Source: a bacterium (GTDB lineage: Bacteria > Sysuimicrobiota > Sysuimicrobiia > Sysuimicrobiales > Kaftiobacteriaceae). From it: a stretch of DNA of 10,939 nt. Shown here piece by piece: positions 6,380-10,939 of the stretch; the first letter of the stretch is position 1; each line of letters opens with the position of its first letter. Made by a program: the position numbers and the translations under genes. The stretch is taken from assembly GCA_044868695.1 (NCBI GenBank), contig JBIOWP010000162.1, positions 1 through 10,939 of the forward strand. Reading direction: 5' to 3'. Under the pieces are notes generated by a model. That model was given only the letters and a program-made list of their open reading frames with translations. It did not search any database and had not been told where the DNA came from.

Positions 6380-7313
6380 GAGCCTCGAGCGCCAGCCGCG
6401 GGTGACCGGTCGTCTTGATCGCCCGGTCGGCGTCCTGGAGCCGGGCGAAGATAGCCGGGAAGGCCGATGGCGGGAAGTTGCGCGCCTGGTCGGCGATCCG
6501 CCGCGCCACGTACGGAGGCACCCCCAGAGCCTCGGCCAGCGCCCCCGGCGGTCTCCGCCGGGACAACAGCACGCTGGCGCGGCACAGCAGCCGGAACTGC
6601 CTGGCGATCATGAAGAGGACGTACGGTGGAGCCTCTTCGCGCAGGATCTCCATCAAATACCGCAGGGCCGGACCCGCGCGCTGCTCGCCCACGGCGTCCA
6701 CGAGCATGAAAATCGTGCTCTCGGACAGCCGGCTGACCGCAGCCTCGACCTCAGTGCGCGTGATGCGCGTGCGTTCCCCGACGTAGGCGAAGAGCTTCTC
6801 GAGTTCGAGCCCTAGCTGCCGGAGTCCGGGGCCGACCAGCCCGACAAAGGCCTCGACGGCCTCCGGTTCCAGGACCCGGCCGGCCTGCGCGGCGCGGTCG
6901 GTGATCCATCCGGGCAGCTGGCGCACCGACAACCTGGGAAATTCCTGCACCTCACCAATCCGGCGGATCGCAAGGAAGAGCTTGCGGCGCCGGTCCAGCC
7001 CCACCGCCACCAGGATCAGCGCCGACGGCGGGGCGCCCTGCTCCAGATAGGCGGCCAGCCGTTCCTGCTCTGCTGCCTTCCAGGCGTCGGCGTCCTTCAC
7101 CACCACCACGCGCCGCCGGCCGAAAAACGGCAGCGTATCGATCCGTGTGATGAGATCGGTGATGCCGACCTCGTCCGCCCGCAGAACGTCGAGGTTCAGA
7201 GCGCGCTCTTCCAGGGGAACCAGGCGATCCAGCAGGGCCGTCAGCGCCTGTTCGATGAGAAGATCTTCTTCGCCGTGGAGGAGGTAGACGTGGCGGTCGA
7301 CGGCGGGCGGCAT
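6339..7313 (-). CDS. holA: DNA polymerase III delta subunit
   Basis: VYLLHGEEDLLIE, TLPFFGRRRVVVVKD, LELEKLFAY, IFMLVDAV, MIARQFRLL, ADRAIKT; follows comEC as in the conserved comEC-holA-rpsT cluster. Confidence 0.93.
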   Translation of the reverse strand: MPPAVDRHVYLLHGEEDLLIEQALTALLDRLVPLEERALNLDVLRADEVGITDLITRIDTLPFFGRRRVVVVKDADAWKAAEQERLAAYLEQGAPPSALILVAVGLDRRRKLFLAIRRIGEVQEFPRLSVRQLPGWITDRAAQAGRVLEPEAVEAFVGLVGPGLRQLGLELEKLFAYVGERTRITRTEVEAAVSRLSESTIFMLVDAVGEQRAGPALRYLMEILREEAPPYVLFMIARQFRLLCRASVLLSRRRPPGALAEALGVPPYVARRIADQARNFPPSAFPAIFARLQDADRAIKTTGHPRLALEALIAELCLPARAAS

Positions 7314-7332
7314 CAAGGCAGTGGGTTCGGCG

Positions 7333-9702
7333 TCACCAGAGATGTTCCTCGCGCGTCGGGCGCACCCACACCCGCACCCCGTCGGTGGTGAGCGTGATGG
7401 CCCCGCTGCGGTCGGTGCGATAGACGGCCGCCCCGGCCGCGTGGAGCCCGTCGAGGGTAGCGCGGTGCGGGTGCCCGAACGGATTCGGGGACCCGACAGA
7501 AATTACGGCCACGCGCGGCGCCACGGCATCGAGGAACGCCGACGTGCTGCTCGTCGCGCTGCCGTGATGCGCCACCTTCAGCACCGTGCTCCGTAGATTG
7601 TCTCCGTCGCTCAAGAGCATAGCCTCGGTCAGCGCCTCAATGTCTCCGGTCAGCAGAACGCTCGCCTGCCCATAGGCGAGCCGGGCCACGATGGAGTTGG
7701 CGTTCACGTCGGACCCGGACCCGGTCACGAAGACCCCGGCAGGGTTCAGGATCACCACCGCGGTCCCGGCGCCCAGATCCACACGCTGGCCGCGGCGGGC
7801 GAGCCGGTAGGGAGCGTGCCGCGCCGCGATCAGGCGGCGAACCCGTGCATAGGAGGGAGCCGGGTGCTCGAAGCCGCCGTCAAGCACCAAGCCCACCGGA
7901 AAATTCTCCAGCACGGCCGGCAGTCCTCCGACGTGGTCCTCATGCGGATGGGACACTATCACGACATCGATTCTTCGTACCCGCAGGCGCCGCAGCGCGG
8001 GCACGACGCGACGCGCGCCGACGTCGTATCCGGTGATGTGACCTTCCACCTCTCCTCCCGCGTCCACCAGCATCGTGCGCCCCGAGGGCGCGCGCGCTAC
8101 GATCGCATCCCCTTGGCCGACGTCGAGAAATGTGACGATTAGGTAGGCCGGGGCGGCGGCCGCGAGCGCATGGGCCCACAGCACCACGGCCACGGCCGCG
8201 GATACAACTATCGATACCGCAGCAGGCGTGACACGGAAGCGGCCGCGCAACCACTCCACGGCGGCGGCAAGCACCCCGTAACACACGACGATTCCGAGAA
8301 GCGACGGTGGGTCCACCGGCACGGCCGCGAACGGCAGCCACGCGAACGCCCGCGCCGTCCACCACACCGCGTCGGCGGGCAAGGCCAGCAGGATCGCGGC
8401 CACTGCGCCGGCTGAGGGGATGACGACGCCGAGGAGCGCAGTGACAAATCCTGCCGGCACGAGCAGGGCGACGAGCGGGATCACCAGCAGGTTGGCCAGA
8501 ACCCCCGCGAGGGAGATCTGCAGAAAGTGGTAGGCCAGAATCGGCGCGACACCGATTTGGGCCGCAACGGTCATGGAAACCAGCGCACGCACAGGTGGAG
8601 GCAGCGCCTCCAGCCGGGGTGCTAGCACCGGCGCCACATAGATGAGCGCCCATGTAGCCGCGAACGACAACTGGAAGCCGGCGTCGAACAGCAGCAGCGG
8701 TTGAGCGACCAGCAGCGCGAGCGCCGCCAGCGCCAGCGCGGCGTAGACGTCACGGCTCCGGCGCAGGGCGGGAGCGGCAACGCCGGCCAGCGCCATCACG
8801 GCGGCGCGCGCGACCGACGGAACCCACCCGGCCATCAGCGCGAAAAACACGGTCATCATGGCCGCGGCGGCCGCGGCGCCTGCCGGAGGCGCGCGGAGCG
8901 CGCGGCCCAACCACAGCACCGACGCCAGGACCAGCCCGACCTGCGCGCCGGAGACGACCAGCACGTGCAGCAGACCGGACCGCGCGAAGATGTCTTTTGC
9001 CCCGGGCTCGAGCGCGCCATCATCTCCAAGCAGGAGGCTGGCCATGAGCGCGCCCCGCCGACCGGGCAATGCGGTGCGGAAGAACGCGGTCATCTTCCCG
9101 CGCACGGACGCCGCCGCCGCGATCAGCGGGTTCACGCGGATGCGGCCGATGACCCTCGGCGATGTTCCCCGCCTCGCGTACAGCACCCCCGCGATCCCGC
9201 GGGCCGCCAGGTAATCCCGGTACGAGAACTCACCCGGGTTGCCGGCCGGCGGAGGCCGGACGAGGCGGCCGGTCACGACGATGCGGTCCCCGTACCGCAC
9301 GAGGGCCGAGTCACGCAGGGAGACCTGAATCAGACCGTGCGCGGCCGCGGACCGGCCCCGGGCGTGCACACGCTCAACCGAGACGACAGCCCGGGCGGAC
9401 CCCTCGACCACCCGGGGCGGCCTGACCACGGCGCCGGTCAGCGTGACGTCCTCGCCGAACGCGGCGGTGAGCGCTTCGGCCGCCGGCGGCACCGCGTGGA
9501 GCGCGTGCCACAAGGCTCCGGCCGCCACCGTCCCCAGAAGCAGGGGGATCACCGCGAGTCTGCCGGCGGCGAGACACGCCCACGCGACAAGCCCGCACAG
9601 GCAGGACGCGGCGAGCCATGCCCAGGCGGTGAGCGCAGACCCACGGCCGACCACGATCCCGGCGGCAAACGCAGCAGCGACCCAGATAATGGGACGAAAC
9701 AC
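7333..9702 (-). CDS. comEC: DNA-uptake channel ComEC/Rec2 with C-terminal metallo-beta-lactamase domain
   Basis: OB-like region NPGEFSYRDYL; competence domain SGLLHVLVVSGAQV, PSVARA, GFQLSFAAT; MBL domain FLDVGQGD, SHPHEDHVGG, NANSIV, LLTGDIE, LKVAHHGS, FGHPH. SD GGGGGAGG precedes the GTG. Confidence 0.96.
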   Translation of the reverse strand: MFRPIIWVAAAFAAGIVVGRGSALTAWAWLAASCLCGLVAWACLAAGRLAVIPLLLGTVAAGALWHALHAVPPAAEALTAAFGEDVTLTGAVVRPPRVVEGSARAVVSVERVHARGRSAAAHGLIQVSLRDSALVRYGDRIVVTGRLVRPPPAGNPGEFSYRDYLAARGIAGVLYARRGTSPRVIGRIRVNPLIAAAASVRGKMTAFFRTALPGRRGALMASLLLGDDGALEPGAKDIFARSGLLHVLVVSGAQVGLVLASVLWLGRALRAPPAGAAAAAAMMTVFFALMAGWVPSVARAAVMALAGVAAPALRRSRDVYAALALAALALLVAQPLLLFDAGFQLSFAATWALIYVAPVLAPRLEALPPPVRALVSMTVAAQIGVAPILAYHFLQISLAGVLANLLVIPLVALLVPAGFVTALLGVVIPSAGAVAAILLALPADAVWWTARAFAWLPFAAVPVDPPSLLGIVVCYGVLAAAVEWLRGRFRVTPAAVSIVVSAAVAVVLWAHALAAAAPAYLIVTFLDVGQGDAIVARAPSGRTMLVDAGGEVEGHITGYDVGARRVVPALRRLRVRRIDVVIVSHPHEDHVGGLPAVLENFPVGLVLDGGFEHPAPSYARVRRLIAARHAPYRLARRGQRVDLGAGTAVVILNPAGVFVTGSGSDVNANSIVARLAYGQASVLLTGDIEALTEAMLLSDGDNLRSTVLKVAHHGSATSSTSAFLDAVAPRVAVISVGSPNPFGHPHRATLDGLHAAGAAVYRTDRSGAITLTTDGVRVWVRPTREEHLW

Positions 9703-9741
9703 AGCGCCTCCCCCAGCGAGATTGTGCCAGGAGAGGCGCTG
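9702..9741 (-). promoter_or_regulatory. 16-bp RNA hairpin sequestering the comEC SD and start codon (could also act as a thrS terminator)
   Basis: mRNA CAGCGCCUCUCCUGGC-ACAAUCUC-GCUGGGGGAGGCGCUG: 13 Watson-Crick pairs + 3 G-U pairs, followed by UGUUUC. Confidence 0.65.
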
Positions 9742-9774
9742 CCGTACTATGACCCAACTGGGCTATCCGTTACG

Positions 9775-10938
9775 TCACTGTTTGGCCGCGACTTCCTCCA
9801 TCACGCGCGCCGCGAACTTCTCAAGCGGCATCGGTCCGAGATCACCCGAGGAACGGTTGCGAACCGCCACCTGCTCGCTTGAGGATTCCTTGTCCCCCAC
9901 CACGAGCATGTAGGGAATGTGCTCCACTTGCGCGCGGCGGATCTTATAGCTGATCCGCTCGTTGCTGTCGTCCAGCTCGATCCGACCCCCAGCCCGCACA
10001 AGACGGTCCTGGACCTTCCGCGCATAGTCGAGATGGCGGTCGGCGATCGGCAGCACGCGGGCCTGCACCGGGGCCAGCCACAGCGGGAAATCGCCCGCGT
10101 AGTATTCGATAAGGAATGCCATCATCCGTTCCATCGTGCTGATGATGGCGCGGTGGATGATCACCGGGCGATGGGCCTTCCCGTCCTCTCCGATATACTC
10201 CAGCTCAAACCGCCGGGGGAGCAGAAAGTCGAGCTGCACCGTCGACAGCGTCTCCTCTTTCCCGGTGGCGGTACGCACCTGCACGTCGAGTTTGGGCCCA
10301 TAGAAGTTCGCCCCTCCGACGACGGAGCGGTACGCCAGGCCCAGTTCTTTGAGCACCTCGTGGAGCAGGCCCTCTGCGGTCATCCACAACTCCTCATCCT
10401 GGTGGTAGTACTGCCGGTCCTTGGGATCGTGCAGCGACAGGTCGAGGCGGTAATCGGTGATGCGGAAGTCCCCATACACCTGCTGGATCAACCGCACCAC
10501 CGCGGCAAACTCCTGTTTCACCTGGTCCGGCCGGCAGAAGATGTGGGCGTCATTGAGCGTCATGGACCGCACGCGGTGTAGCCCGCTCAACGTTCCCGAC
10601 TTTTCATAGCGGTACATCCGGCCCAGCTCCGCGATGCGCACGGCCAGGTCCCGGTACGACTGCTGCTCCTGCTTGTAGATCATGATGTGGTGCGGGCAGT
10701 TCATCGGCTTGAGCACCAGGTCTTCATTGTCCACCTTCATCGGTGGATACATGCTGTCGCGGAAGTAATCCCAGTGCCCCGAAATCTTGTACAGTTCCAG
10801 CGACGCCAGGTCCGGGGCGTAGACGTGCTGATACCCGTGCGCGAGCTCCACGTCGACGATGTAGTTCTCGAGGATGCGCCTGACCATCGCCCCGCGGGGA
10901 AGCCACAACGGCAGCCCCTGCCCTAGTTCCTCGGCAAA
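9775..10938 (-). CDS. thrS: Threonine--tRNA ligase (5'-truncated; frame open to the window edge)
   Basis: [80 protein letters not shown]...[10 protein letters not shown] (catalytic and anticodon-binding domains). Confidence 0.98.
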   Translation of the reverse strand, partial: FAEELGQGLPLWLPRGAMVRRILENYIVDVELAHGYQHVYAPDLASLELYKISGHWDYFRDSMYPPMKVDNEDLVLKPMNCPHHIMIYKQEQQSYRDLAVRIAELGRMYRYEKSGTLSGLHRVRSMTLNDAHIFCRPDQVKQEFAAVVRLIQQVYGDFRITDYRLDLSLHDPKDRQYYHQDEELWMTAEGLLHEVLKELGLAYRSVVGGANFYGPKLDVQVRTATGKEETLSTVQLDFLLPRRFELEYIGEDGKAHRPVIIHRAIISTMERMMAFLIEYYAGDFPLWLAPVQARVLPIADRHLDYARKVQDRLVRAGGRIELDDSNERISYKIRRAQVEHIPYMLVVGDKESSSEQVAVRNRSSGDLGPMPLEKFAARVMEEVAAKQ

Positions 10939-10939
10939 A

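Noticed and set aside
6080..9768. 11-bp inverted match GGATAGCCCAG at 6080-6090 and 9768-9758, both intergenic, flanking rpsT-holA-comEC
   Set aside because: 11-mer matches are expected by chance in an 11-kb window, there is no recombinase, and the gene order shows no sign of inversion.
1..10939. Novel defence, mobile, CRISPR or retroelement system
   Set aside because: Nearly all bases are explained by recognisable core genes, and there are no repeat-spacer arrays, orphan ORFs or unexplained intergenic tracts longer than about 105 nt.

Overview
GC-rich bacterial housekeeping region with a Terrabacteria-like gene order; the taxon cannot be fixed from the sequence alone. Reading the minus strand from right to left: thrS (5'-truncated) - comEC - holA, then rpsT on the plus strand, then murJ - [sigma70/sigmaA promoter + CIRCE] - hrcA - dnaJ - prmA - rsmE - carA (N-terminal part only; missed by the ORF track). 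I found no mobile element, CRISPR array, rRNA/tRNA or clearly novel gene system. The points worth a second look are small-scale: (1) bases 1-177 are a 69-bp fold-back of carA, most likely a template-switch chimera at the sequence end; (2) a single base at 1294 appears to remove both the prmA stop and the rsmE start; (3) a 16-bp hairpin buries the comEC SD and start codon; (4) the carA leader has a PyrR-binding-loop-like motif; (5) the CIRCE-controlled hrcA-dnaJ-prmA-rsmE operon lacks grpE-dnaK.
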